From an uncultured Candidatus Poseidoniales archaeon (lineage in GTDB: Archaea > Thermoplasmatota > Poseidoniia > Poseidoniales > CAYMED01), in assembly GCA_964389655.1 (NCBI GenBank), contig CAYMED010000009.1, positions 19,531 to 83,530 of the forward strand: DNA of 64,000 bases. Direction: 5' to 3'. A program made the translations under genes and the position numbers. Positions 28,311 through 38,521 of the stretch are shown piece after piece. Each line of letters opens with the position of its first letter. Positions within the stretch are counted from its first letter, which is position 1. A model generated the notes under the pieces. The model had not been told where the DNA came from, searched no databases, and worked only from the letters and a program-made list of their open reading frames with translations.

Positions 28311-29234
28311 ATGGAGGCGCGCCGACTTCCCATGGAAGGCCAAGTCCCTGTGCTTAGGCACCCGCCTTGGCTCAAGGTTCAACTCCCTAGTGGGAAGGAA
28401 ATGGAGATATTCAATTCAACGAAGAAAAATGTGGTCGAAAATGACCTGAATACGGTCTGCCAAGAAGCTCGTTGCCCAAACATACATGATTGCTGGGGGC
28501 GGGGAACTGCCACATTTATGATCGCCGGAGAAGAATGCACGCGGACCTGTCGATTTTGCGCAGTTGGAACACGCAGGGAACCACCAGACCTCGACCCTAA
28601 AGAGCCTGAAAATCTTGCACATGCGGTCGCGACAATGCAATTGAATCACGCCGTCATTACAGTAGTCAATCGAGATGATATGGAAGACAGTGGTGCCGCC
28701 CACTACCGAAGTTGCCTAGATGCGGTAGCTGCAAAGTGCCCAGATACAACACTTGAACTTCTCTGCTCAGATCTTGCTGGCGATCTCGAAGCACTCAATA
28801 CCCTCTTGGAGGGAGTGCAGATCGCTGTTTTCGCACATAATGTAGAATGCGTGCCCCGTCTAGATTCTGAAGTCAGAGACTTCCGAGCATCATTTGATAC
28901 TTCAATTGAGGTTCTAACAAATGCTAGATTGATTAGAGATGACATTTTTACAAAATCAAGCCTGATGGTCGGCTTAGGCGAATCAGATGATGAAGTTGTA
29001 GAGGTGCTTTACCAGTTGAAAGAGGCTGGCGTTCAATTGTTGACAATCGGGCAATATCTCGCTCCTAGCCGTCAGCACCACCCTATTGCGAGATATGTCG
29101 AACCGGGCACATTTTCAGATTGGAAATTGCTGGCAGAAAATCTCGGCTTCCTTGGGGTCGCTGCGGGGCCACTTGTGCGTTCGTCCTATCGTGCTGGAAA
29201 CTTGCTTGGTGAAGCACGCTCGAGGCATCAATAG
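28311..29234 (+). CDS. lipA: Lipoyl synthase
   Basis: CQEARCPNIHDC (CX4CX5C), CTRTCRFC radical SAM motif, RSSY. Confidence 0.96.
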   Translation: MEARRLPMEGQVPVLRHPPWLKVQLPSGKEMEIFNSTKKNVVENDLNTVCQEARCPNIHDCWGRGTATFMIAGEECTRTCRFCAVGTRREPPDLDPKEPENLAHAVATMQLNHAVITVVNRDDMEDSGAAHYRSCLDAVAAKCPDTTLELLCSDLAGDLEALNTLLEGVQIAVFAHNVECVPRLDSEVRDFRASFDTSIEVLTNARLIRDDIFTKSSLMVGLGESDDEVVEVLYQLKEAGVQLLTIGQYLAPSRQHHPIARYVEPGTFSDWKLLAENLGFLGVAAGPLVRSSYRAGNLLGEARSRHQ

Positions 29235-29260
29235 AGTGGTGGGGCACAGGAGGCCTTTCA

Positions 29261-32200
29261 ATGTCTGTGACTCGATTGATCATACTCTCCACCATTCTGC
29301 TTCTCACATCACAGATCAACATCATAGAGCAAAATGTTAGCGTACAGATATTTCCACCCAGTAATCCCACCCAGGGAGTCGATGGAACACTCTCCCAACC
29401 AGGTTTTCAATCAGGGTCAATGTTCAGTTCAACCACTCTCTCATCGGGAGATGAATATAGTTGTGGAATTGATTGGAATGCCACACTCTCGTGCTGGGGT
29501 CCTGCTTATTCCATAACTGGACTTTCTGAATTGGGGATTAGGCAAAGAGCAACTCAGATTTCGTCCTACGACACCCACACCTGTGCACTTATCGATAATG
29601 GCACCATCAATTGCTGGAATGTATCATCAGGTCACCTCACTACCCCTGTTGAAAAGCCACTGATCGCAGTGTCCCTAGATGTTGGATCTGATGAATCTTG
29701 TTCAATTCTTTCTGATGCATCTATTGTCTGCTGGGACAACTCGATTGGCGATTCACAATACATCCAGCTTGGAGGGAAAGGCGCAGTTGCCATATCCTCT
29801 GGAGGGAATGAAAGTTGTGCAATCATGCATGACCAAGATCTGTATTGCTGGCCCTTTGGCGGGTCGCCACAGTTGAGGAGGACAGGGGATGTTTCAGCGG
29901 TAGCAGTCAGCATGGGAGAAGATCATGGATGCGCATTATTACAGAACATGGAACTTAGTTGTTGGGGGTCCAATCTAGATGGACAAACGAGTATTGCTGT
30001 AACTGCATCGAATGCCATCTCATTGTCCGCAGGTGCACACCACACCTGCGTTCTGCTAAGCGACGCATCAATATCTTGTTCAGGAGATAATTCAGTAGGG
30101 CAAAGCAGCATAAGCCTGCAAGCAAATGAAGTACCTGTTGCCCTTTCTGCTGGCCACGACCATACCTGTGTTGCCTTGCTCGATGGTTCGACAAGATGTT
30201 ATGGACTAAGCAGTCAATCATTGGAGAAGGTTCGTCTCTCTGAGAGAGATTTGGACCAAGATGGTGTATTGAACATCTTTGACGTGCACATGCCCGGATA
30301 CGCAGGAGATTCTATCGGTTCATCCTCGCCGATTGCCATGGGAATGAAGCACACCTGCGCTGTGATGTCAAATCGAAGCCTGAGTTGTTGGGGGTACAAC
30401 ATGCATGGCCAACTTGGGCTTGGCCTAGGCGCCTGGGCAGAAGTCAATGCGCCTCAGCCAATCGATTTTGGCTTTGATGAAAAGGTGTGGAGCATAGCTG
30501 CGGATGGCCATCAGACCTGTGCAATCATGGATAATGGTTCTCTGTGGTGCTGGGGATTGAACACAAAAGGCCAGTTGGGTATTGGAAGTACTGAGAAAAA
30601 ATTTACCCCTCAAGCAGTGGACCTTGGTCTAAACCGAAGTGCAACAGCAGTCACAATCGGAAACTCACATACTTGCGCCATCACAAATGATTCTACAGTT
30701 CTTTGCTGGGGATGGAACAACTTTGGACAGTTAGGAATCAACACCTCATCTTCTTCGGAACTATCTCCGCAAGAAGTCCACCTTCCGCAGGGTTTGACCC
30801 CCATTTCTCTAGCAGCTGGAAATGCACACACCTGCTCGGTGATGTCGAACGGTTCTCTGTGGTGCTGGGGCCTCAACAATTTCGGCCAGAATGGACTTGG
30901 CCAATCCATAGCGAGTTCCCCATATCCCCAACATGTCCCATTTCCAGAAGATTCTACGATCATCACGGCAGTCGCTAATAGACATCAAACCTGTGCAATT
31001 ACCGAGAATCGGTCACTTTTCTGTTGGGGCGATGATGAATATGGTCAACTTGGCCTGGGAAATGTAGGTTCAGGCCACCAACAATATTCACCACAGCACG
31101 TCGATCTCGGTGGCCTCGAGGTCCTCAGTTTCTCAGGAGGAGATCGTCATTCATGTGCCATTCTGGGGGATTACACGATGTGGTGTTGGGGACAGAATTC
31201 TGATGGCCAGCTCGGACTTGGCAACAACACGCACCAAGGTTCACCAATTCATATTCCCGTTGATGTAAATGGTTCGGCCGTGGTGATGACCGGTGGAACC
31301 GGCCATTCCTGTGCGATTCTCAACGATGGCACCCTGAAGTGCTGGGGTGCGAACGACTGGGGACAACTCGGAGTGGGAAATAGGACCCCTCTTATGGCAC
31401 CCCATTCAGTCCACGATTCTGCTAATCTCACATTTCATCGCGGAGACCTTGACCCGGATGGAGATGGGCTCCCATATCACTCAGATTCCCATCCGCTGAA
31501 TCCTGCAAGATCAGTAGAATGTGGACCTGGCGAATATGGCATTCATCGATGCATCTCGGCAAATCCTGGCCACTGGACAAACGAAACGGGTGCAATTGTC
31601 CAATCACAGTGCCTCCCTGGAACATACCAACCGGCTGCAGGATCCACTGGCTGCATAACCAGTGACCCCGGAAATTTTACTGATTCTGCTGCCATGATCT
31701 GGCAATATCCTTGCCTTAATGGGACCTATCAGAATATGTCAGGACAGGCAGAATGCAATATTGCATCCCCAGGATACTATGTCAATCACACAGGATCAAC
31801 CATGCAGTACCCCTGTCCAGAGGGTTCCTATCAGCCGTTAGCAGGGAGGCCATCATGCATCGCAGTATCCCCTGGACACTTCACCAATGAATCAAAACAA
31901 ACAAAACAAATTCCATGCCCAAGTGGAACCTATCAGCCCAATGCAGGATCTGACAAATGTAAATTAACTGACCGGGGAAACTATACTGGATCCAGCGGTA
32001 TGTCGAATCAGGTCGCCTGCAACAACGGGACATACCAAAATGATTCAGGACAGGCAGAATGTCTTCCTGCAGACCCAGGATATTTCGCCGAAGGATTCGG
32101 TTCGACAAAGCAACACCCGTGCGATGCAGGAACTTTTCAGCCCAGAACAAGCAGCCAATCTTGTGTCGACGCTACAGCAGGTCATTTCGTCAGCAGTTCA

Positions 32201-32641
32201 GCCCAGCCCTCCCAAACACCTTGCCCTGAAGGTCAATACCAACCCCTTAACGGACAAATCATCTGCATCGAAGCGGACCCAGGATCGCATGTTTCAGCTA
32301 AAGGAGCAAATATGCAGGTACCCTGTCTACCCGGCACATATCAACCCACCTCAGGTTCTAAATTATGCATCAAAGCCGCACCGGGTTTCTACGTTGCAGA
32401 AAAGGGTCAGACGATGCAGACCCCTTGTCCTGCTAACGAAGAACAGCCTCTCAGCGGCCAAACAAGTTGCTCAGCGATGAATGATATGCAAATGTTCCTA
32501 ATTGCCGGGGGAGTTACTATAAGTGGGCTAATCACAGCTATCATGCTCATTTTGACGCTAAAAAGAAAAAACTCTAAGAGAAAAAATCAGGACCAAAAAG
32601 ATATTGAGAAAATGGAATTTGATGTTTCAAAATGGGTCTAA
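29261..32641 (+). CDS. Membrane-anchored surface protein with RCC1 repeats and Cys-rich (GCC2_GCC3/ephrin-receptor-like) repeats
   Basis: HTCA...CWG.N..GQLG repeats; about nine C.PGTYQ...G...C units; C-terminal TM plus basic tail. Confidence 0.88.
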   Translation: MSVTRLIILSTILLLTSQINIIEQNVSVQIFPPSNPTQGVDGTLSQPGFQSGSMFSSTTLSSGDEYSCGIDWNATLSCWGPAYSITGLSELGIRQRATQISSYDTHTCALIDNGTINCWNVSSGHLTTPVEKPLIAVSLDVGSDESCSILSDASIVCWDNSIGDSQYIQLGGKGAVAISSGGNESCAIMHDQDLYCWPFGGSPQLRRTGDVSAVAVSMGEDHGCALLQNMELSCWGSNLDGQTSIAVTASNAISLSAGAHHTCVLLSDASISCSGDNSVGQSSISLQANEVPVALSAGHDHTCVALLDGSTRCYGLSSQSLEKVRLSERDLDQDGVLNIFDVHMPGYAGDSIGSSSPIAMGMKHTCAVMSNRSLSCWGYNMHGQLGLGLGAWAEVNAPQPIDFGFDEKVWSIAADGHQTCAIMDNGSLWCWGLNTKGQLGIGSTEKKFTPQAVDLGLNRSATAVTIGNSHTCAITNDSTVLCWGWNNFGQLGINTSSSSELSPQEVHLPQGLTPISLAAGNAHTCSVMSNGSLWCWGLNNFGQNGLGQSIASSPYPQHVPFPEDSTIITAVANRHQTCAITENRSLFCWGDDEYGQLGLGNVGSGHQQYSPQHVDLGGLEVLSFSGGDRHSCAILGDYTMWCWGQNSDGQLGLGNNTHQGSPIHIPVDVNGSAVVMTGGTGHSCAILNDGTLKCWGANDWGQLGVGNRTPLMAPHSVHDSANLTFHRGDLDPDGDGLPYHSDSHPLNPARSVECGPGEYGIHRCISANPGHWTNETGAIVQSQCLPGTYQPAAGSTGCITSDPGNFTDSAAMIWQYPCLNGTYQNMSGQAECNIASPGYYVNHTGSTMQYPCPEGSYQPLAGRPSCIAVSPGHFTNESKQTKQIPCPSGTYQPNAGSDKCKLTDRGNYTGSSGMSNQVACNNGTYQNDSGQAECLPADPGYFAEGFGSTKQHPCDAGTFQPRTSSQSCVDATAGHFVSSSAQPSQTPCPEGQYQPLNGQIICIEADPGSHVSAKGANMQVPCLPGTYQPTSGSKLCIKAAPGFYVAEKGQTMQTPCPANEEQPLSGQTSCSAMNDMQMFLIAGGVTISGLITAIMLILTLKRKNSKRKNQDQKDIEKMEFDVSKWV

Positions 32642-32741
32642 TTGAGAAGAAAAAGCACCTTGGTAGGAGAGAGGACAACGCATCCCTAAATTAATGGGAA
32701 AATGGGCATTTGAGTTGCTCACATAGATATCATGCCTCGCA

Positions 32742-34055
32742 ATGGTCAAGTGTACCCCTGCACTCCCCGTTTTGATGGGTTCAGAAGCGGCCGATGCAGA
32801 AGCCCCTTTAGACGACAAAAAAACGTCCACTGTAGAGGGGATAGATTCACACCTAGAAATTCCAAGTGCACCCTCAAGGCCGGGTGAAGAACCTAAATTT
32901 GAATTTGAGATCCCGGAAGTCGATGCGCTAGAACGACCTGAACCATCTTGTGATGCCAAAGACACCTCACAGCATGCAATGGGACTTGTACGTGTGCTCG
33001 ACATGGATGGTCATGCATTGGGCTCATGGAATCCTGAATTATCGACCGATATTGTGCTAGAAATGCTAACTCAAATGGTACGCATGCGTATATTTGATGA
33101 TCGAATGATGACCATGCAGAGGCAAGGAAAGCTCTCATTCTACATGAAATGTAGGGGGGAAGAGGCTGTCGCAATTCCTGCCGCCATGGCATTGCGTGAT
33201 GATGATCTACTTCACCCATCTTATCGCCAGCCAGGTTTATTACTTGCTAGAGGGCGTAGCATGGTCGACATGATCTGCCATTGCATTGGCAATATAATGG
33301 ACAATGTGAAAGGGAGGCAAATGCCAGTTCATTATTCATGGAAAGAAGGAAACTTAGTCTCTATTTCTAGTCCAGTGGGAACCCAATTTCCACAGGCAGT
33401 TGGCATGGCCATGGCTTCAGCCTACAAGGGCAAGGATAACGTCACTGCATCGTGGCTTGGCGAAGGGACAAGCGCGCAAGGTGATTTTCATCATGCGCTG
33501 ACATTTGCATCAGTTTACCAACCCCCAGTGATCCTGAATGTTGTGAACAATCAATGGGCTATTTCGACCCACCAAAACATTGCCCACGGAGGGACCTCAT
33601 TCGCGGCTCGTGGGTTAGCATACAATGTTGCGAGCTTACGCGTTGATGGAAATGATGCACTTGCTGTATTTGCAGCTACCGCGTGGGCGGCAGAACGGGG
33701 CCGAAAGGGGCATGGGGCCACTCTAATCGAATTATTCACTCACCGACAATCAGCCCACTCATCTTCAGATGACCCCAGCCGCTACCGCCCTGTAAATGAG
33801 GGAGATTCATGGCCACTTGGAGACCCAATCATGCGATTGAAAAATCATCTCATCGAACTCCGAAAATGGGATGAAAGAAGGCATGAAGACCTCGTGAAGA
33901 AAATCGATGAAGAAGTAATCACAGCATACAAAGAGGCAGAATCTCATGGCACCCACCACGATGGACCTTTTCCCCCAATATCCACGCTTTTCGAAGATGT
34001 ATACGAAAAGCCACTTCCTCAACTCATCGATCAAAGGCGGAAATTAGGAAGATGA
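32742..34055 (+). CDS. bkdA1: Branched-chain 2-oxoacid dehydrogenase E1 alpha
   Basis: QRQGKLSFY, GRQMPVHY, GEG...NN TPP motif, HSSSDDP; N-terminal P..RPG segment as in Pseudomonas BkdA1. Confidence 0.92.
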   Translation: MVKCTPALPVLMGSEAADAEAPLDDKKTSTVEGIDSHLEIPSAPSRPGEEPKFEFEIPEVDALERPEPSCDAKDTSQHAMGLVRVLDMDGHALGSWNPELSTDIVLEMLTQMVRMRIFDDRMMTMQRQGKLSFYMKCRGEEAVAIPAAMALRDDDLLHPSYRQPGLLLARGRSMVDMICHCIGNIMDNVKGRQMPVHYSWKEGNLVSISSPVGTQFPQAVGMAMASAYKGKDNVTASWLGEGTSAQGDFHHALTFASVYQPPVILNVVNNQWAISTHQNIAHGGTSFAARGLAYNVASLRVDGNDALAVFAATAWAAERGRKGHGATLIELFTHRQSAHSSSDDPSRYRPVNEGDSWPLGDPIMRLKNHLIELRKWDERRHEDLVKKIDEEVITAYKEAESHGTHHDGPFPPISTLFEDVYEKPLPQLIDQRRKLGR

Positions 34056-34070
34056 AGGGAGGGAAAACAA

Positions 34071-35081
34071 ATGGCTCAGATGCACATGATTGAAGCAGCA
34101 AACTCTGCTTTAGAGGTCTGTCTTGAGAAGGATCCTGATGTCTGCATATTTGGAGAAGATGTAGGGTATTTTGGAGGCGTATTCCGGGCCACTGATGGGT
34201 TGCAAGAGAAATTTGGTCCGCATAGGGTATTCGACACGCCACTTGCAGAAGGGGGAATTATTGCAACTGCAATTGGAATGGGCATGAATGGATTACGGCC
34301 GATTGCAGAGATTCAATTTGCAGACTATATTTATCCTGCATTTGACCAAATCACCAATGAATTAGCGAAGCTTCGTTACCGCTCTGGTGGCGAATGGTTC
34401 GCACCAGTCACAATTCGTACACCTTGTGGAGGGGGCATCCGCGGTGGCCACTACCATAGTCAATCACCAGAAGCCTATTTCACCCACACACCGGGACTCA
34501 TTGTGGTCATGCCTTCGAACCCATATGATCTCAAAGGTATGATCATTTCAGCAGTGGAATCAAATGATCCCGTTCTTGTCCTTGAGCCAAAAAGAATCTA
34601 TCGCGGTCCATTCCATGGAGACCCAAATGACGTACCCACATGGGGGGGGCATCCACTTGCCGAAGTTCCCGAAGAACATTATACAGTACCAATCGGCATT
34701 GCTCGAACAATTCGGCAAGGGTCAGATATAACTGTCCTAGCATGGGGGACGATGGTTCATGTTGCTGAAAGAGCCATTTTGAACTATGGAATCAGCGGTG
34801 AACTCATTGACCTACGGTCTCTGGTCCCGCTAGACATGGATGCGATCATCGCCTCAGTTAAGCGCACAGGCCGCTGTGTCATTGTCCATGAAGCACCCCT
34901 CACATCAGGATACGGTGGCGAAATCGCTGCTTTGGTCCAAGAAAAGTGCTTTTACCATCTTGAAGCACCGATTGCACGAGTCACTGGCTGGGACACACCA
35001 TTCCCGCACTCCCTTGAATGGGAGTACATGCCAAGTGTCGAACGCATCGGTGACGCTATGAAACAAGCAATGGAGGCATGA
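34071..35081 (+). CDS. bkdA2: Branched-chain 2-oxoacid dehydrogenase E1 beta
   Basis: GEDVGYFGGVFRAT, EIQFADY, HSQSPE. Confidence 0.93.
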   Translation: MAQMHMIEAANSALEVCLEKDPDVCIFGEDVGYFGGVFRATDGLQEKFGPHRVFDTPLAEGGIIATAIGMGMNGLRPIAEIQFADYIYPAFDQITNELAKLRYRSGGEWFAPVTIRTPCGGGIRGGHYHSQSPEAYFTHTPGLIVVMPSNPYDLKGMIISAVESNDPVLVLEPKRIYRGPFHGDPNDVPTWGGHPLAEVPEEHYTVPIGIARTIRQGSDITVLAWGTMVHVAERAILNYGISGELIDLRSLVPLDMDAIIASVKRTGRCVIVHEAPLTSGYGGEIAALVQEKCFYHLEAPIARVTGWDTPFPHSLEWEYMPSVERIGDAMKQAMEA

Positions 35082-35084
35082 AGA

Positions 35085-36362
35085 ATGGGACGATTCATAT
35101 TTCGGTTACCCGATATTGGCGAAGGAGTTGTAGAGGGAGAAATTGTCAGTTGGCATGTTTCTGTTGGAGATGAAGTCACTGAAGACCAACCACTCGTGGA
35201 CATGATGACTGACAAGGCTACAGTCACTATACCCTCTTCCATTAACGGGTCCGTGCTTGAAGTAGCAGGTGAGGCCGGCACGATGGTGCCAGTTGGATCA
35301 ATGCTGATCATTCTTGACGCCGAAGGGCATGAGACAGATGATGATGACCTTGGAGAAAAAGAGTCTGAACCCCTAGAAACCCCATCGATAGAGAGTGCTG
35401 ACCTTGCCAAACTCATCTCGCAGGAAGATGACTCTGAGGAAAATAACTCGGCAGATCCTGAACAACCTAAGGAAGAAATCCCCGGTGCAAGTTCAAGACG
35501 GCCTCTTGCCTCGCCTGCTATAAGAAAACGGGCATCTTCAGCAGGGATTGATTTGGCCAAGGTGTCTGGAAGTGGCCCTGCAGGAAGAATTACCCATACC
35601 GATCTAGATGCGTGGAATTTAGCAGGTGCACCTGTGTCGGCTGGAGGCAAAAATCGCACAGCAAAGACCGGGATTGAGGACATTCCAGTTGTTGGCTTGC
35701 GAAGGAAAATTGCAGAACAAATGACAACCTCATACACAACAATCCCTCACTTTTCTTATTTTGAAGAAATTGATGTTACAAATCTTGAGGAACTGCGAAC
35801 TCATCTAAATTCAAACCGGCCTGAAGGGACCCCAAAACTCACCTATCTCCCACTCATCATGCAAGCTCTAGTCAAAGCACTCGCCATACGACCTGAATGC
35901 AATGCAATATACGATGACCAAGCAGGAGTCGTTCACCGACATCAAGCCATCAATCTAGGAATCGCCACCCAAACTGAACGAGGCTTATACGTTCCAGTTG
36001 TCAAGCATGTTGAAGCGAAAGACCTCTGGGAAACTGCAGCAGAAATGCTGCGCGTAACTGCTGCTGCGAAGGAAAATACAGCATCACTTGAAGAATTATC
36101 TGGATCGACATTCACAATCACAAGCCTCGGACGGATGGGAGGAATAGGTGCAACCCCAATCATCAATCACCCAGAGGTGGGAATATTAGGCATTCACAAA
36201 GCAACTGAGATGCCCGTTGTTCGAAATGGCGGAGTTACAATCCGCCGGATCATGCGAGTTAGTTCCAGTTGGGACCACAGGGTTGTAGACGGCTTTGATG
36301 GAGCAATGTGCGTTCAAACTCTCAAAGATTTGCTTGAGCACCCTGCAACTATCTTCCTATGA
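35085..36362 (+). CDS. bkdB: Dihydrolipoamide acyltransferase E2
   Basis: Lipoyl domain MTDKA, E3-binding ASPAIR..GSGPAGRI, DHRVVDG. Confidence 0.93.
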   Translation: MGRFIFRLPDIGEGVVEGEIVSWHVSVGDEVTEDQPLVDMMTDKATVTIPSSINGSVLEVAGEAGTMVPVGSMLIILDAEGHETDDDDLGEKESEPLETPSIESADLAKLISQEDDSEENNSADPEQPKEEIPGASSRRPLASPAIRKRASSAGIDLAKVSGSGPAGRITHTDLDAWNLAGAPVSAGGKNRTAKTGIEDIPVVGLRRKIAEQMTTSYTTIPHFSYFEEIDVTNLEELRTHLNSNRPEGTPKLTYLPLIMQALVKALAIRPECNAIYDDQAGVVHRHQAINLGIATQTERGLYVPVVKHVEAKDLWETAAEMLRVTAAAKENTASLEELSGSTFTITSLGRMGGIGATPIINHPEVGILGIHKATEMPVVRNGGVTIRRIMRVSSSWDHRVVDGFDGAMCVQTLKDLLEHPATIFL

Positions 36363-36371
36363 GGTGCTGCA

Positions 36372-37802
36372 GTGCTGAAACCCCGAAGGTGTAAAGTCCT
36401 CGTTATTGGGGCAGGGCCAGGAGGCTATGTTGCTGCAATTCGTGCCGGACAACTAGGGCTTGACACGGTGATTGTAGAGGCTGAACGCACGGGAGGTACT
36501 TGCCTAATACGTGGATGTATCCCTTCAAAGGCACTTATCCATGCATCTGAACAATTTGAGCAACTTCAAGCACATGCCGAAGCAGGAGGACATATGGGTA
36601 TTACTCTAGCCGGGCCCCCAATTCTGGATATGGAACGAGTGGTTGAATGGAAAGACAGCATTGTTGATCGATTAAACAAGGGTGTCGAGATGCTGCTCAA
36701 AAAAGCAGGGGTCGAGATCATACATGGATGGGCCAAATTTGAGGACGCCAAAAAATGCGTGGTTGAGAATTCCAAAGGAAGCAAAATTATCGAAGCCGAA
36801 CATGTCATTCTTGCGACTGGATCAGTACCCACAAGCGTTCCCACCCTACCACTAGGTGGTGCCGTAATTTCGAGTAGAGAAGCCCTTGACCTTGATGCAC
36901 TTCCAAAGCGTCTAATTGTGATCGGTGGGGGCTATATCGGCTTAGAGATGGGCATGGCATTTGCAAAATTGGGGTCAGAAGTAACTATACTTGAAGCGCT
37001 TGATAACATCATCTCTATTTTTGATGCTGAAATAAGACGCCCTATCATGCGCGCACTGAAAGACCAAGGAATCGCCATACGCACAGGAGTATTTGCTACA
37101 GCAGTAGACCTGCAGCCTGACGGAAGCGCAAAAGTTCGGGTCCAACCTCGTGATCAACCGGATCTAGAAGAACTAATCCCAGCAGACAAAGTACTCGTTA
37201 CTGTAGGCAGAAGGCCACGCACCCAAGGCTGGGGACTGGAAAGCATGGGATTGCAACTTAACGAAGAGGGATTCCTACCAGTGGACAAGCAATGCAGAAC
37301 CGTCATGAATAAAGTATGGGCAATTGGAGACCTTACTGGTGAGCCTATGCTAGCTCATCGGGCTAGTGCTCAGGGGGAAATGGTTGCTGAGGTCATTGCA
37401 GGAGAAAGACGAGAATTTGACCCAGTTGCAATCCCCGCAGTCGTATTTACGGATCCCGAAATAGTCAGTGTTGGTCTTACTCCTGCAGAAGCAACAAACC
37501 ATGGACATACAATTGAGGTTGGGAGATTTCCATTTGCAGCAAGTGGCCGTGCACTCACAATGGATGCTGGAAAAGGGGGAGGATTTGTACGCGTCATAGC
37601 TGATGCAAATGACCACCGAATTCTTGGAATTCAAGCTGTAGGTCGGCATGTGAGTGAATTGTCTGGAGAATTCAGCCTAGCAGTTGAAATGGGAGCATTA
37701 CTAGAGGATATTGCCGGTACAATCCATGCACATCCAACTCTATCAGAGGCTTTTCACGAAAGTGTACTAGCCACGCTAGGGCACGCAATACATGTGGCCT
37801 GA
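36372..37802 (+). CDS. lpdA: Dihydrolipoamide dehydrogenase E3
   Basis: GAGPGG, GGTCLIRGCIPSK, HPTLSE. Confidence 0.95.
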   Translation: MLKPRRCKVLVIGAGPGGYVAAIRAGQLGLDTVIVEAERTGGTCLIRGCIPSKALIHASEQFEQLQAHAEAGGHMGITLAGPPILDMERVVEWKDSIVDRLNKGVEMLLKKAGVEIIHGWAKFEDAKKCVVENSKGSKIIEAEHVILATGSVPTSVPTLPLGGAVISSREALDLDALPKRLIVIGGGYIGLEMGMAFAKLGSEVTILEALDNIISIFDAEIRRPIMRALKDQGIAIRTGVFATAVDLQPDGSAKVRVQPRDQPDLEELIPADKVLVTVGRRPRTQGWGLESMGLQLNEEGFLPVDKQCRTVMNKVWAIGDLTGEPMLAHRASAQGEMVAEVIAGERREFDPVAIPAVVFTDPEIVSVGLTPAEATNHGHTIEVGRFPFAASGRALTMDAGKGGGFVRVIADANDHRILGIQAVGRHVSELSGEFSLAVEMGALLEDIAGTIHAHPTLSEAFHESVLATLGHAIHVA

Positions 37803-37822
37803 AGCGAGGAGCAGGGGAACAT

Positions 37823-38494
37823 ATGCGAATTGCTGTTGCGGGAACTTCCTCACACGCTTCAGTCGATGCAGAAATGCGCCGGTTGCAAGAAAAACGACAA
37901 AAAGATCAGATCCGAGATGTAATATTGTTACTTTCGCACCCCGAAATTGTGACAATTGGGCGAAGATCGGTGAAAGACGGAGTTGAGGTCCCAGACCAAT
38001 ATCGGACCATTGAGGTTGACAGGGGTGGAGGGATTACATGGCACGGGCCGGGCCAAATCGTCATTTATCCAATCATCAAGTGGGCAAGGATCGGCGAATC
38101 GGCAGTCAATGTGGTCATCCACCGCCTAGAACAATGGGCGATAAAGGCATTAGCACATGTTGGCATAGAGGCCCATCGGGATGAACGAATGCAGGGAATT
38201 TGGGTCGATGGATCAAAAATTGGGAGCATTGGATTGGCATTTATGAAATGGGTTAGTAGGCATGGCATGACATTGAACCTCGCCACGCCACTGGGTCGTG
38301 TTGAAGGGATCACAGGTTGCGGTTTGGATGCTGGAACAACAACATCCTTGAGCGCTTTGGGATACGAAGTAGAACAAACCGAAATAATTGATGCACTTGT
38401 TTCAACTGTAGAGGCTACACTTCACAGAAAACTTGAGGCAGAACTCTGCCTTGAAGGTGAACCACCCTGGGACGTCCTAGCACCGCTCGATTGA
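37823..38494 (+). CDS. lipB: Lipoyl(octanoyl) transferase
   Basis: HP..TIGR, RGGGITWHGPGQ, KIGSIG, HG..LN, GCG. Confidence 0.9.
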   Translation: MRIAVAGTSSHASVDAEMRRLQEKRQKDQIRDVILLLSHPEIVTIGRRSVKDGVEVPDQYRTIEVDRGGGITWHGPGQIVIYPIIKWARIGESAVNVVIHRLEQWAIKALAHVGIEAHRDERMQGIWVDGSKIGSIGLAFMKWVSRHGMTLNLATPLGRVEGITGCGLDAGTTTSLSALGYEVEQTEIIDALVSTVEATLHRKLEAELCLEGEPPWDVLAPLD

Positions 38495-38521
38495 TGAGGA
38501 CTGCTCTCTCCGCCCAATTCA

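Noticed and set aside
34952-35737. Long antisense ORFs such as this 261-aa frame
   Set aside because: Shadows of well-supported genes on the opposite strand
24304-38494. tRNA-Leu-anchored genomic island of bacterial-like genes
   Set aside because: No integrase, no duplicated tRNA 3' end found, no evident composition shift; the GTTCAAATCC match near 50331 lies inside dut and is too short
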